This document shows positions 1 to 8,281 of a stretch of DNA of 24,000 nt, piece by piece; within the stretch, counting starts at the first letter, position 1; each line of letters starts with the position of its first letter. The position numbers and the translations under genes were made by a program. The notes beneath the pieces are model-generated. The model made no database searches and had not been told where the DNA came from. It saw only the letters and a program-made list of their open reading frames with translations. Source of the stretch: Paenibacillus popilliae ATCC 14706. Lineage in GTDB: Bacteria > Bacillota > Bacilli > Paenibacillales > Paenibacillaceae. Location: NCBI RefSeq assembly GCF_000315235.1, contig NZ_BALG01000064.1:1-24000 (forward strand), written 5' to 3'.

Positions 1-1
1 C

Positions 2-353
2 GATGGAACGGATTCCTTTTTAAGCTTTGGAGGGTTGGCAGGTGCCTCGGTACTTTTGGCTGCAAAATTGAGCATTTTTCACTTGCAAAAAACATTGTGC
101 CCCGTATGATAAACAAGATGAACCTCATATTCGAATTGCAACAGGTGATTTTTATGATTTAGAAAAAGAGCATGGACGTAGAGACGCTATTTTATTGACT
201 TTACAAAGTTTAGCTCATGAATTGCAACACTATTATCAATGGTTAGATGATGATGAGTTTCTTGAAGATGAAGCGGAAGAAGGTGCAGGAGAACTTATTA
301 GAGAGTACCTCGAAGATAAATTTGAGGAGTTTTGGTCTTCGTTGAATGGGTAA
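2..353 (+). pseudogene. 3' part of a hypothetical protein gene, apparently frameshifted; contains an HExxH-like motif (HELQH)
   Basis: Frame 3 is open 72-353 (...IRIATGDFYDLEKEHGRRDAILLTLQSLAHELQHYYQWLDDDEFLEDEAEEGAGELIREYLEDKFEEFWSSLNG*) but contains no ATG/GTG/TTG. Frame 2 is open from the window edge to 106. The frame switch would fall at the A6 run 87-92. A strong terminator follows. Absent from the ORF track because it has no start codon. Confidence 0.35.
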
Positions 354-357
354 GCCA

Positions 358-385
358 GGGCTATCGTAGCGATAGTCCTTTTTTT
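358..385 (+). terminator. Rho-independent terminator
   Basis: Stem gggctatcg / cgatagtcc (9 bp including one G-U), 3-nt loop, then a T7 run. It starts 5 nt after the TAA at 351-353. Confidence 0.7.
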
Positions 386-429
386 GATACCCTCGTTTGT
401 AGGGTGGTGATACTGTGAACGAGACAAAT

Positions 430-681
430 AGACCCCACCTAGCAGTCAGAATGGGGCACGTGTATGATGAATGCAGATTTGTTCATGCGACAGGAGTCCG
501 GAAGGTACGACGACCATGGCATGAACGGCGCTAATGCCTGACTCTTGCAAGTCGGGGTGAGGAACATAGCTTGAGGCACTTCCCGTACGCTTGGTGCTGG
601 CTGTTTAGGATCACAAGGCGATCCCAGAACATTTCATTATTCAAGCGAGCTTTTAATAACAGCACTTTGTCAACACGCTGA
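430..681 (+). mobile_element. Decayed 3' end of an IS1182/IS5-like element (5' limit uncertain)
   Basis: 631-681 matches 1740-1790, the 3' end of the transposase remnant below, with 4 mismatches in 51 nt. The translation ...ISLFKRAFNNSTLSTR* parallels ...ISLCKRAFKNSALSTR*. The upstream frame (RFVHATGVRKV..R*CLTLA) resembles a transposase C-terminus but is broken by stops. Confidence 0.45.
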
Positions 682-682
682 T

Positions 683-1077
683 GGAATGTAATTCCTTGGG
701 TTTATCGCCTTCCAAGCGGGAATTGATAGGATATTCCGTTAAAGATGAGGGGGAGCTTCCAGGGAGCGGATTCGCAGGTAGAGCACGAGGAAAGCCCGTG
801 ATCCAGGCACAGACGCCAAGATTCACGGGCTTCGGCGTAGAGGTTAGTGCATTTGTACGTACTAACCAAAGATACGTTCGCCCACCACATGAAGAATCGC
901 TAATATCGCCAAGAATGCCATTTCAACCACTCCCGGATAAGAGATTCCAAGAAACTATAGCGTTCCTTGTACTATCTATATCGGCAATCTTTCTATCTTT
1001 TTGAACAATTGTTGAGAAAAAAAGAAAAAAAGTTCATGATGGAGCCATCCGTTCAGAGAATATCAAAGGGATGTGGA
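683..1077 (+). repeat. Copy 1 of a ~395-bp tandemly duplicated non-coding element; starts with palindrome GGAATgtaATTCC
   Basis: Direct repeat of 1078-1418. The first ~190 nt and last ~90 nt are clearly alignable by eye and the centre is divergent. It contains the hairpin 793-831 (agcccgtga...tcacgggct). Confidence 0.85.
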
Positions 1078-1418
1078 CGGAATGTAATTCCTTAGGTTTA
1101 TTACCCTCCTAGTAGGAATCGACAGGATATTCCGTTCAATCGTAGGGGCAGCTTTTTCAGGGAGCGGATTTGCAGGTAGGGCACGAGGAAAGCCCATGAA
1201 CCAGGCACAGATGCCAAGATTCATGGGCTTCGGTGTAGAGGTTAGTGCTTATCTGAGACTTGATATAGCAGTAATGAATTGAGGTAAAAGCTTTAATATC
1301 TCTAATGCCAATGCCGCCATCTCAATCACCCCTAGATAAGAATTCAAGAAACTGTAACGTTCCTTGTACTATCTATATCAGCAATCTTTCTATCTTTTTG
1401 AACAATTGTTTAGAAAAA
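1078..1418 (+). repeat. Copy 2 of the same element, running into the transposase remnant
   Basis: It starts with the same ggaatgtaattcc. Hairpin 1191-1229 (agcccatga...tcatgggct) carries a compensatory G-C to A-U change relative to copy 1. Indels relative to copy 1 break every reading frame. Confidence 0.85.
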
Positions 1419-1790
1419 GTGACGCCTTTATTGTGAAGGTAATGGACGGCCTTCGTTCTAAACGCCAGCTTGAACGGGAGGTTCAACTCAACGTAGCCTA
1501 TCGCTGGTTTGTCGGATTGGGTTTGACGGGACCGTGTTTCGGATCACAGCGGAGCTTCGAGGAGGCCAAAGAGCTCGTTGGACTTCGCTATTGCCGGTTG
1601 TACGGCAAGAAAAAAAGGGTTAGAGCAAGCGCTCATGTCCGCCATCTGCCAGAACGTCAAGCAGATCGCCAACCACCTGGCCAAGCTGGCCGGACAGGGC
1701 GATCTTCTTATTTTCGTATGCTCATTATTTCAAGATCTCATTTCATTATGTAAGCGAGCTTTTAAAAACAGCGCTTTGTCAACACGCTGA
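1364..1790 (+). mobile_element. IS1182/IS5-like transposase remnant with an internal deletion and a frameshift
   Basis: The N-terminal piece LFEQLFRKSDAFIVKVMDGLRSKRQLEREVQLNVAYRWFVGLGLTGP matches the DUF772-type transposase N-domain pattern (..SxRQLExxxxxNxAxRWFxGL..). It is fused directly to the extreme C-terminal pattern EEAKELxGLRYCRLYGKKK / GLEQALMSAICQNVKQIANHLAKL, which sits in a second frame. The whole DDE core is missing. Confidence 0.6.
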
Positions 1791-1818
1791 AAACACCCGC
1801 TAGGGGATTTTCAGCGTG
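1783..1818. other. Perfect 11-bp hairpin spanning the IS 3' terminus and its flank
   Basis: cacgctgaaaa-(14 nt, with inner ccc/ggg pairing)-ttttcagcgtg. The left arm is the last 8 nt shared by both IS 3' ends. Confidence 0.5.
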
Positions 1819-1943
1819 CTCTCACAGGTTGACTGCGTTTGGTTAGCCTGAACAGCGCAGAAATATCCCCGTCTCATCATCCATCATCGGTTGCATTCCC
1901 CACCCCCTGCCTCCTCGGCTTCCACACTCAGCCCTATATGAAC

Positions 1944-1976
1944 GAAGCCCCCGTGACGATAGGTCTCGGGGGCTTC
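1944..1976 (-). terminator. GC-rich hairpin downstream of cydC; possible terminator lacking a U-tract
   Basis: gaagcccccg-13 nt-cgggggcttc, a 10-bp perfect stem 36 nt after the cydC stop. No T-run on either side. Confidence 0.35.
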
Positions 1977-2011
1977 CCGTATGGGGGGCACAGCAACGAT
2001 AACCTGGCCCC

Positions 2012-3769
2012 CTATGGCCGCGACAAAAGCGCGGGCCGATCTAGACGGTACAGGTTATGGTAGCGCGGGTACCGCTCCAGCAGTTCCGCATGCGGCCCTC
2101 TCATCTCGATGCGGCCGTTCTCGATAAAGATGACTTCGTCCATCTGCTCCACGCCGACGAGATGGTGCGTAATCCAGAGCAGCGACTTGCCCTGCAGCGC
2201 GGTGAACATTGTGGCCAGCAGGGCGCGCTCGGTGTGCGGGTCAAGCCCGACGGTCGGCTCGTCGAGAATGACGATCGGCGTATCCTGGAGCAGGATGCGG
2301 GCCAGCGCGATCCGCTGCCGCTCCCCGCCCGAGAAGCGCCCGCCCGTCTCCAGCATCCGGGTGTCATAGCCGTCCGGCAGCGACTCGACAAGCGCATCCA
2401 GGCCGACCTGGCGCAAGACCCGGCGGATGTCCTCGTCCGAGGCATCGGGGCGGCCCAGCCGGATATTGTTCGCCACCGTCGTGTCGAATAGATGCGGGCA
2501 CTGGTTCAAGACGGCGATCATCTCGGGGATATGCTCCCCATACGAGGCCGCCGGGATGCCGTTCAGCAGGACTTGGCCTTCATCCGGAGCCAAGGCTCCC
2601 TGCACCAGCTTCAGCAGCGTCGATTTCCCCGCTCCGCTGCGGCCGATAACCGCGATGCGCCGTCCTTGCGGGATATCGAGCGACAAGCCGTCCAGCGTCC
2701 AGGCGGCCGCCTTGTCGTAGCGGTAGCGGACCTGCTCCAGCCGGATATGCGCCGCTCCGGACGCCAGGGCCGGCTGCAACTCCGCCTGCGCCGCAGGACG
2801 AACGGGCTGTTCGGCCGCCGGAGCGTCCAACTTCGCGAGCCGATCCAGCGAATCGTGATACTGCGGCAGCTTCTCCACCGCCTCCGATACGGGGAGGAAG
2901 CCGTCCATGAGCGGGAATACGACCAGGGTGAACGCCGCGATGAAGGTGGCGGCGATGCGCCCGTCCGCATATTGGCCCCCTGCCCAGCAGAGCATGCATA
3001 CCAGCACAGCTGCGACGACGCACTGCCCCAGCAGCATGCGAAGACGGGCCCAGCCGTTCAGGTGGCGCTCCATGCGGGCGACCGATTGCTCGCCCTCTTC
3101 ATATTCCGCTGTGAACCGGGAAGCGCCGCCGCTAATGACCCAGTCGCTCATCCCCATCACCGCATCGGTCAGCCGCTGGTACAGCACGTTCCGCTCCTGC
3201 TTGATGCGGGTCTGCCAGGTACGGGTAATCAGCAGAGACACCCCAGGCAGTACCGCGATCAGCAGGAGCAACAGCAAGCCGATAAAGAATGCGAACGGCA
3301 GATCGAACCAGCCGAGCGCCGCGATGCAGGCGGCATAGGCGACGAGCGCCACCGCCCCCGGGAACACCGTGCGCAAGTAGACATTTTGCAGCTGCTCGAT
3401 ATCATCCGCCAGCGTGCTGAGCAGATCTCCCGTCTGGAAGCGGGAGCGGAGGAACAGCGCCTGCGGCTCCAGAATGCGGTACATCCGCTCCCGCATCTGG
3501 GACAGCACGCGCAGTACCGCATCATGGCCGATCAGACGTTCGACATAATGGACGACAGCCCGCCCGATGCCGAACGTCCGGACCAGAACGATAGGCACGT
3601 AGACGAGCAAAATATTTTCCGGACGGAGCGCCGACTTCGAAATCAGATAGCCTGACGTGAAGGTTAAGGAGGAGGCGCATAGCACTGTCAGCACGCCAAG
3701 GGCGATAATGACAGCGAAGCGTCGGGCATAGCGCCGCATATACGGCATAATCCAGCCTTCGCGGTTCAT
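2012..3769 (-). CDS. cydC: Thiol reductant ABC exporter subunit CydC (second ABC gene of the cyd operon)
   Basis: 585-aa ORF with an N-terminal 6-TM domain and an ABC ATPase: Walker A GRSGAGKST, signature FSGGERQRIALARILL, Walker B IVILDEPTVGLD. Its start overlaps the cydD stop. Confidence 0.9.
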   Translation of the reverse strand: MNREGWIMPYMRRYARRFAVIIALGVLTVLCASSLTFTSGYLISKSALRPENILLVYVPIVLVRTFGIGRAVVHYVERLIGHDAVLRVLSQMRERMYRILEPQALFLRSRFQTGDLLSTLADDIEQLQNVYLRTVFPGAVALVAYAACIAALGWFDLPFAFFIGLLLLLLIAVLPGVSLLITRTWQTRIKQERNVLYQRLTDAVMGMSDWVISGGASRFTAEYEEGEQSVARMERHLNGWARLRMLLGQCVVAAVLVCMLCWAGGQYADGRIAATFIAAFTLVVFPLMDGFLPVSEAVEKLPQYHDSLDRLAKLDAPAAEQPVRPAAQAELQPALASGAAHIRLEQVRYRYDKAAAWTLDGLSLDIPQGRRIAVIGRSGAGKSTLLKLVQGALAPDEGQVLLNGIPAASYGEHIPEMIAVLNQCPHLFDTTVANNIRLGRPDASDEDIRRVLRQVGLDALVESLPDGYDTRMLETGGRFSGGERQRIALARILLQDTPIVILDEPTVGLDPHTERALLATMFTALQGKSLLWITHHLVGVEQMDEVIFIENGRIEMRGPHAELLERYPRYHNLYRLDRPALLSRP

Positions 3770-5493
3770 TGCGTCTCCCCCCCTTCCATGCGAATCATGT
3801 CGTAGTAAGCGCCCCGCTTGGCCAGCAGCTGCTCATGGGTCCCCGTCTCCACCACCTTGCCATCCTGCAGGACAATCATCCAGTCCATATCTGGCATCCA
3901 ATGCAGGCGATGCGTAGCCAAGAAGACGAGCCGATCCCGGAACAGCTCCAGCATCGTCGACTTCAGCTCATATTCGGTCTCGATATCCAGATGCGCCGTC
4001 GGTTCATCCAGCAGCATTATCGGTCGGCTGCTCAGAAATGCCCGCGCCAGCGCAACCCGCTGCTCCTGACCGCCGCTGAGCGAGCGGCCGCCGTTGCCAA
4101 TGCGTTCGTCCAGGCCGTTCGGAAGTTGTTCCGCCAACTGCCCCAGCCCCGCGGCGGCCATCGCCCGCTCGACCTCGTCATCGGTCGCGTCCGGCGCATA
4201 GAAGCGGACGTTATCCGCCAGCGAGGCGCTGAAAATGTACGGATGCTGCGGGATGTACGTCGTCTGCTTCCGCCAGTCCTCCCCGGTCAGCGACGCCCGT
4301 TCCTGTCCGTCCACCCGGATCGTCCCTGCGGTCGGGTCCAGGAAGCCGCCGATAAGATCGATCAGCGTTGACTTGCCGGCCCCGCTCGCGCCGATGATGC
4401 CGACCTTGCGGAAGCCTTGAATTTCCAGATCGATCTCCTGCAGCGAGGAGGGGCCCTCCTTCTCATGCCGCATCCCGATGCCGGTCATTTGCAGCACGCT
4501 ATCCTGCGTCCAGGCCGGCAGCGCCTGCGAGGCAGGCGCCGGCTCCGACTGCGCTGCCGCGCGAATTAGGGCCTGCATCGCCTCCCCTGCTTCCTTCCCG
4601 TCCAGCGTCGCGTGATAATCGGCCCCGACCATGCGCACCGGAAGGAAATATTCCGGCGCCAAGATCAGGATCGTCAGCGCGGTAACGAGCATCATCTCCC
4701 CGTTCACGAGACGCAACCCGAGGCTGACCGCTACAGATGCGACGGACAGCATCGTGAAGAAGTCCAGGGAGAAGGAGGACAAGAAGGCGACGCGCAAGGT
4801 GCGCAGCGTGGCCGAACGGTATCGGTCGCTCACCTTGGAGACGGTGGCCCCGTGCGATCGGCTACGTCCGAGGAACTTGAGCGTTTCCAGACCGCGCAAC
4901 GAATCGACGAAATGATTCGACAGCCGCCGGTACGACGCCCACTGCTGTTCGGTCTGCTTGCGCGCAGCCAAGCCGACCAGAATCAGAAACGCGATGAGAA
5001 TCGGCATCGTCACCGCCAGAATCAGGGCGGCGACGATATCCTGGGCCACAATGTACGCAAGGATAAGCACCGGTGTCACGGCGGTCCCGATCATGCGGGG
5101 CAGGAACAGCTCCATATATTTGCGGAACTTCCCGACCCCTTCAAGCACAAGCGTTACCGTGGTGCCCGTTCCCACTGTCCGGGTATGCCGCGGCCCAAGA
5201 CGGAACAGCGCCTCCAGCAGCTGGCTCCGCAGGCTGGCGCCGGTCTTCTCCGCGAAGCGGTAAGCCACCTTCTGCTGCAGCAGCGCCGTCAACTGGCGGA
5301 GGAGAAACGCAAGCAGGAACAACCCGATCTTGTCGGCTTGTTCCTGCCATGCCGCCCCGGCGAACAGAGCGGATATTGCTTCTGCCAGCCAGATGGCCAG
5401 CATAATAATAGATAGTGCGTGCACCAGGGCAAGGGCGCTCAGGCTGGCAAGAACCGGCTTGATCCCTTGGTAGCCGAATAGATTCTTGCCCAT
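3766..5493 (-). CDS. cydD: Thiol reductant ABC exporter subunit CydD (first ABC gene after cydB; named CydC in B. subtilis usage)
   Basis: 575-aa ORF with a TM domain and an ABC ATPase: Walker A GASGAGKST, signature LSGGQEQRVALARAFL, Walker B IMLLDEPTAHLD. Its start overlaps the cydB stop by 1 nt at 5493. Confidence 0.9.
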   Translation of the reverse strand: MGKNLFGYQGIKPVLASLSALALVHALSIIMLAIWLAEAISALFAGAAWQEQADKIGLFLLAFLLRQLTALLQQKVAYRFAEKTGASLRSQLLEALFRLGPRHTRTVGTGTTVTLVLEGVGKFRKYMELFLPRMIGTAVTPVLILAYIVAQDIVAALILAVTMPILIAFLILVGLAARKQTEQQWASYRRLSNHFVDSLRGLETLKFLGRSRSHGATVSKVSDRYRSATLRTLRVAFLSSFSLDFFTMLSVASVAVSLGLRLVNGEMMLVTALTILILAPEYFLPVRMVGADYHATLDGKEAGEAMQALIRAAAQSEPAPASQALPAWTQDSVLQMTGIGMRHEKEGPSSLQEIDLEIQGFRKVGIIGASGAGKSTLIDLIGGFLDPTAGTIRVDGQERASLTGEDWRKQTTYIPQHPYIFSASLADNVRFYAPDATDDEVERAMAAAGLGQLAEQLPNGLDERIGNGGRSLSGGQEQRVALARAFLSSRPIMLLDEPTAHLDIETEYELKSTMLELFRDRLVFLATHRLHWMPDMDWMIVLQDGKVVETGTHEQLLAKRGAYYDMIRMEGGETQ

Positions 5494-6509
5494 TAGTACT
5501 CGAGATGCTGCTTCTCGTTCACGCGCTTATGGAAGACGAAGTAGCTCCAAATCTGGTAGCCGAGCACGAACGGCAGCAAGGTCAACGCTACGATCGTCAT
5601 CACTTTGAGCGAATAAGCGCCTGAAGCCGCATTATGAATCGTCAGGTCAAATGCACTGTTGATGGAGCTGATCATCACCCGCGGGAACAAGCCGATAAAG
5701 ACGGATGCGATCGAGAGCAAAATAATGCCTCCGGTCATGCCGAACGCCCAGCCGTCCTTCTTCTGCTTCATGAAATATCCGGCGAGCAGAAAGATGATAA
5801 GACCAAGGACGGCGACGACAGCCAGGATGGCGCCGCGAACCTGGAACACATCGGTCATGAAATAGGTCATAACGGCGAACAAGACGAGCAGCGCGGCGAG
5901 CGGAATCATCAACTTCCGGCCGAGCCGGCGTGCGCGCGCCTGCAGATCCCCCTCCGTCCGCAGCGTCGTGAACATGAGGCCGTGCACGAGGCAGAGCACG
6001 GTGACGGTAATGCCGCCTACGAATGTATAGAGATTCACCATATCGAACAGGCTGGCTTTCATCTCCATGTGCTGATCGATTGGAAGGCCCTTGATCAGCC
6101 CGGCGAACACGACACCGAACAGGAACGGAGGCAGCAGGCTGCCTACGAAAATAGCCAGATCCCATGTTTTCTTCCAGCGCTCGCTGTCCACCTTGCCCCG
6201 GAATTCGAAAGCGACGCCGCGCACGATAAGCGCGAGCAGCACTACGACGAGCGGCACATAATAGCCACTGAACAAGGTCGCGTACCAGTTCGGGAAGGCG
6301 GCGAACATTGCCCCGCCAGCGGTCAGAAGCCAGACTTCATTGGCATCCCAGAACGGGCCAATCGAATTGATAAGCACTCGGCGCTCTCCGTCGGTGCGCG
6401 CCAGCAATTGAGTCGACATGCCGACCCCGAAGTCGAAGCCCTCAAGGAAGAAGAAGCCGACGAACAACACAGCGACAAGAACGAACCATAATTCATTGAG
6501 TGAGAGCAT
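5493..6509 (-). CDS. cydB: Cytochrome bd ubiquinol/menaquinol oxidase subunit II
   Basis: 338-aa polytopic membrane protein. The N-terminus MLSLNELWFVLVAVLFVGFFFLEGFDFGVGM is typical CydB. It overlaps the cydA 3' end. Confidence 0.95.
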   Translation of the reverse strand: MLSLNELWFVLVAVLFVGFFFLEGFDFGVGMSTQLLARTDGERRVLINSIGPFWDANEVWLLTAGGAMFAAFPNWYATLFSGYYVPLVVVLLALIVRGVAFEFRGKVDSERWKKTWDLAIFVGSLLPPFLFGVVFAGLIKGLPIDQHMEMKASLFDMVNLYTFVGGITVTVLCLVHGLMFTTLRTEGDLQARARRLGRKLMIPLAALLVLFAVMTYFMTDVFQVRGAILAVVAVLGLIIFLLAGYFMKQKKDGWAFGMTGGIILLSIASVFIGLFPRVMISSINSAFDLTIHNAASGAYSLKVMTIVALTLLPFVLGYQIWSYFVFHKRVNEKQHLEY

Positions 6510-7896
6510 GACGTTCCTCCTTATCGAATGGATCGTGAGACACGTGGACAGCTACATCCTTGTTCGGTCCTTTTTTGATCACGCGTACGAACAGGTAGAC
6601 CATCACAATAGCCAATACCGTGTAAATGGCGGAGAAGGCAATTAGGGAGAACAGCACCGAGCCTCCCGTGACGCTAGGCGATACACTGTCTTTCGTTGTC
6701 ATCAGCCCGAATACGGTCCACGGCTGGCGCCCAATCTCGGTCATAATCCAACCTGACGTATTGGCAATGAACGGCAGCGAGATGGCATACAGCATAAAGC
6801 GCATAAACCATGTGTTCTTCTGATCCAGCTTCTTGCGCGCCATCAGGTATACGCCATACATGCCGAGCCCAATCATCAGCGAACCGGCAGCGACCATGAT
6901 GCGGAAGCTCCAGAAGGTCGTCCGCACCGGTGGAATATAATTTCCGGGTCCGTAGGTTTGCTCGTATTCCGCCTGCAGCTCCTTCATTCCCCGGACATCT
7001 CCGGAAAATTTGCTATAGGATAGGAAGCTGAGTAAGTATGGAATACTCAATTCCATGTTGTTTTCTTGCTTATCTGGATCGATAGCCGCGATAACCGTCC
7101 AAGGCGCCGGGTCTGGACTCCGATCCCACAAGCTCTCGGCCGCCGCCATCTTCATCGGCTGTGTATGTACCAGGTACTGCGCTTGCTGGTGGCCGAAGAT
7201 CGCTACCAGGAACGACGAGATTAAGGCGACAACGATTCCCAGCTTGAACGATTTTTTGAAAAACTCAACGTCTTGGCGACGCAGCATCTTATACGCACTG
7301 ACGCCTGTAATAAGGAAGGCGCCTGTCGCAAATGCGCCCAGCACCGTATGTGGGAATTCCACCAGCAGTTGGCCGTTCGTAATCAGCGCGAGGAAATCAT
7401 TCATCTCGGCCCGGCCATTGTTTATTTCGAAGCCAACCGGACGCTGCATGAACGAGTTGGCCGCGAGAATCCAGAAGGCGGATATCGTCGTCCCGAGGGC
7501 CACGAGCCAGATGCACAGTAAATGCACCTTCTTGCTCAGCCGATCCCAGCCGAAGATCCAGAGCCCGATGAACGTAGACTCCAAGAAAAAAGCAAGCAGC
7601 GCCTCGATAGCAAGTGGCGCGCCGAACACGTCCCCCACGAAGCGGGAGTAATTCGACCAGTTCATGCCGAACTGGAATTCCTGAATGATACCGGTCACGA
7701 CGCCGACGGCGAAGTTGATAAGGAACAATTTACCCCAGAACTTGGCCATTTTCTTATACTCTTCCTTGCCCTTGACGACGTACATTGTCTCCATAATGGC
7801 GATAAGCAGCGCCAGCCCGATGGATAGTGGGACGAAGAAGAAGTGAAAAATCGTCGTCGTCGCAAACTGGATGCGGGATAAGATTAGCGTATCCAT
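6493..7896 (-). CDS. cydA: Cytochrome bd oxidase subunit I
   Basis: 467 aa. N-terminus MDTLILSRIQFATTTIFHFFFVPLSIGLA and a conserved EIGRQPWTVFGLM motif. RBS GGTGGA lies 8 nt upstream of the ATG. Confidence 0.95.
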   Translation of the reverse strand: MDTLILSRIQFATTTIFHFFFVPLSIGLALLIAIMETMYVVKGKEEYKKMAKFWGKLFLINFAVGVVTGIIQEFQFGMNWSNYSRFVGDVFGAPLAIEALLAFFLESTFIGLWIFGWDRLSKKVHLLCIWLVALGTTISAFWILAANSFMQRPVGFEINNGRAEMNDFLALITNGQLLVEFPHTVLGAFATGAFLITGVSAYKMLRRQDVEFFKKSFKLGIVVALISSFLVAIFGHQQAQYLVHTQPMKMAAAESLWDRSPDPAPWTVIAAIDPDKQENNMELSIPYLLSFLSYSKFSGDVRGMKELQAEYEQTYGPGNYIPPVRTTFWSFRIMVAAGSLMIGLGMYGVYLMARKKLDQKNTWFMRFMLYAISLPFIANTSGWIMTEIGRQPWTVFGLMTTKDSVSPSVTGGSVLFSLIAFSAIYTVLAIVMVYLFVRVIKKGPNKDVAVHVSHDPFDKEERHALTQ

Positions 7897-8065
7897 TATT
7901 TCGTTCCACCTTTCTTTATGATAGAGGCCCTGCCAGACGCTTCGGGTATCCGTCCTCGCCCTACGCGCATGGCATAAGCCGTTGACTGCGATACGAGGAA
8001 CAGCCTGATCAATGACAAACGTTACAGGTCTCAGTGTTATTTTGTCAGAAGGACATGCCGGCTAA

Positions 8066-8081
8066 TGTGATTTTTATCACA
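8066..8081. promoter_or_regulatory. Rex/Fnr-type palindrome TGTGA-N6-TCACA upstream of cydA
   Basis: aaTGTGAtttttaTCACAcc is a perfect inverted repeat 170 nt upstream of the cydA start. In B. subtilis the cyd operon is Rex-repressed. Confidence 0.45.
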
Positions 8082-8114
8082 CCTTATTAGAATAGAGTGA
8101 GCAAATTTCGAACT

Positions 8115-8132
8115 TTGTGCCATTGTTCACAA
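8115..8132. promoter_or_regulatory. Second, imperfect Rex-like box
   Basis: The minus strand reads TTGTGAAcaatGGCACAA. The left half is perfect; the right half has 2 mismatches to TTCACAA. Confidence 0.35.
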
Positions 8133-8281
8133 AAGCGTTGAACGTGGGGCAGATCCGGAAGAGAAAAGGCATTGCATTCCGGGTAAGGGAAGCTTTCGAT
8201 TTCTGCCTTTTATTAGATATTTCCTATAGAATGCCATATATTCGGAGCAGCGGAGCGAGGCTGCCTCTTGCCCTATAGACG

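Noticed and set aside
681-1004. 107-aa ORF (and 702-890 on the minus strand) inside repeat copy 1
   Set aside because: The second repeat copy carries indels and stops that destroy these frames while preserving the hairpin. The conservation is therefore at the nucleotide and structure level, not the protein level.
683-1418. Group II intron fragment, with hairpin 793-831 as domain V because of the AGC at its 5' base
   Set aside because: The hairpin is ~39 nt with a 21-nt asymmetric top instead of the constrained 34-nt domain V with a GNRA loop and 2-nt bulge. There is no GUGYG 5' end, no bulged-A domain VI and no RT ORF nearby.
2057-6491. Long plus-strand ORFs antisense to cydC, cydD and cydB (for example 2492-3655 at 387 aa, 4612-5415 at 267 aa, 5634-6491 at 285 aa)
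   Set aside because: They are Arg/Gln/His/Pro-rich low-complexity translations with no SD. They lie opposite genes with unmistakable ABC-transporter and CydB motifs, which makes them typical shadow ORFs of GC-rich coding DNA.
8164-8211. aaaaggca...tgcctttt inverted repeat as the terminator of the glycosidase-like gene
   Set aside because: The stem is only 8 bp and the loop is 32 nt. It is possible but not convincing as an intrinsic terminator.
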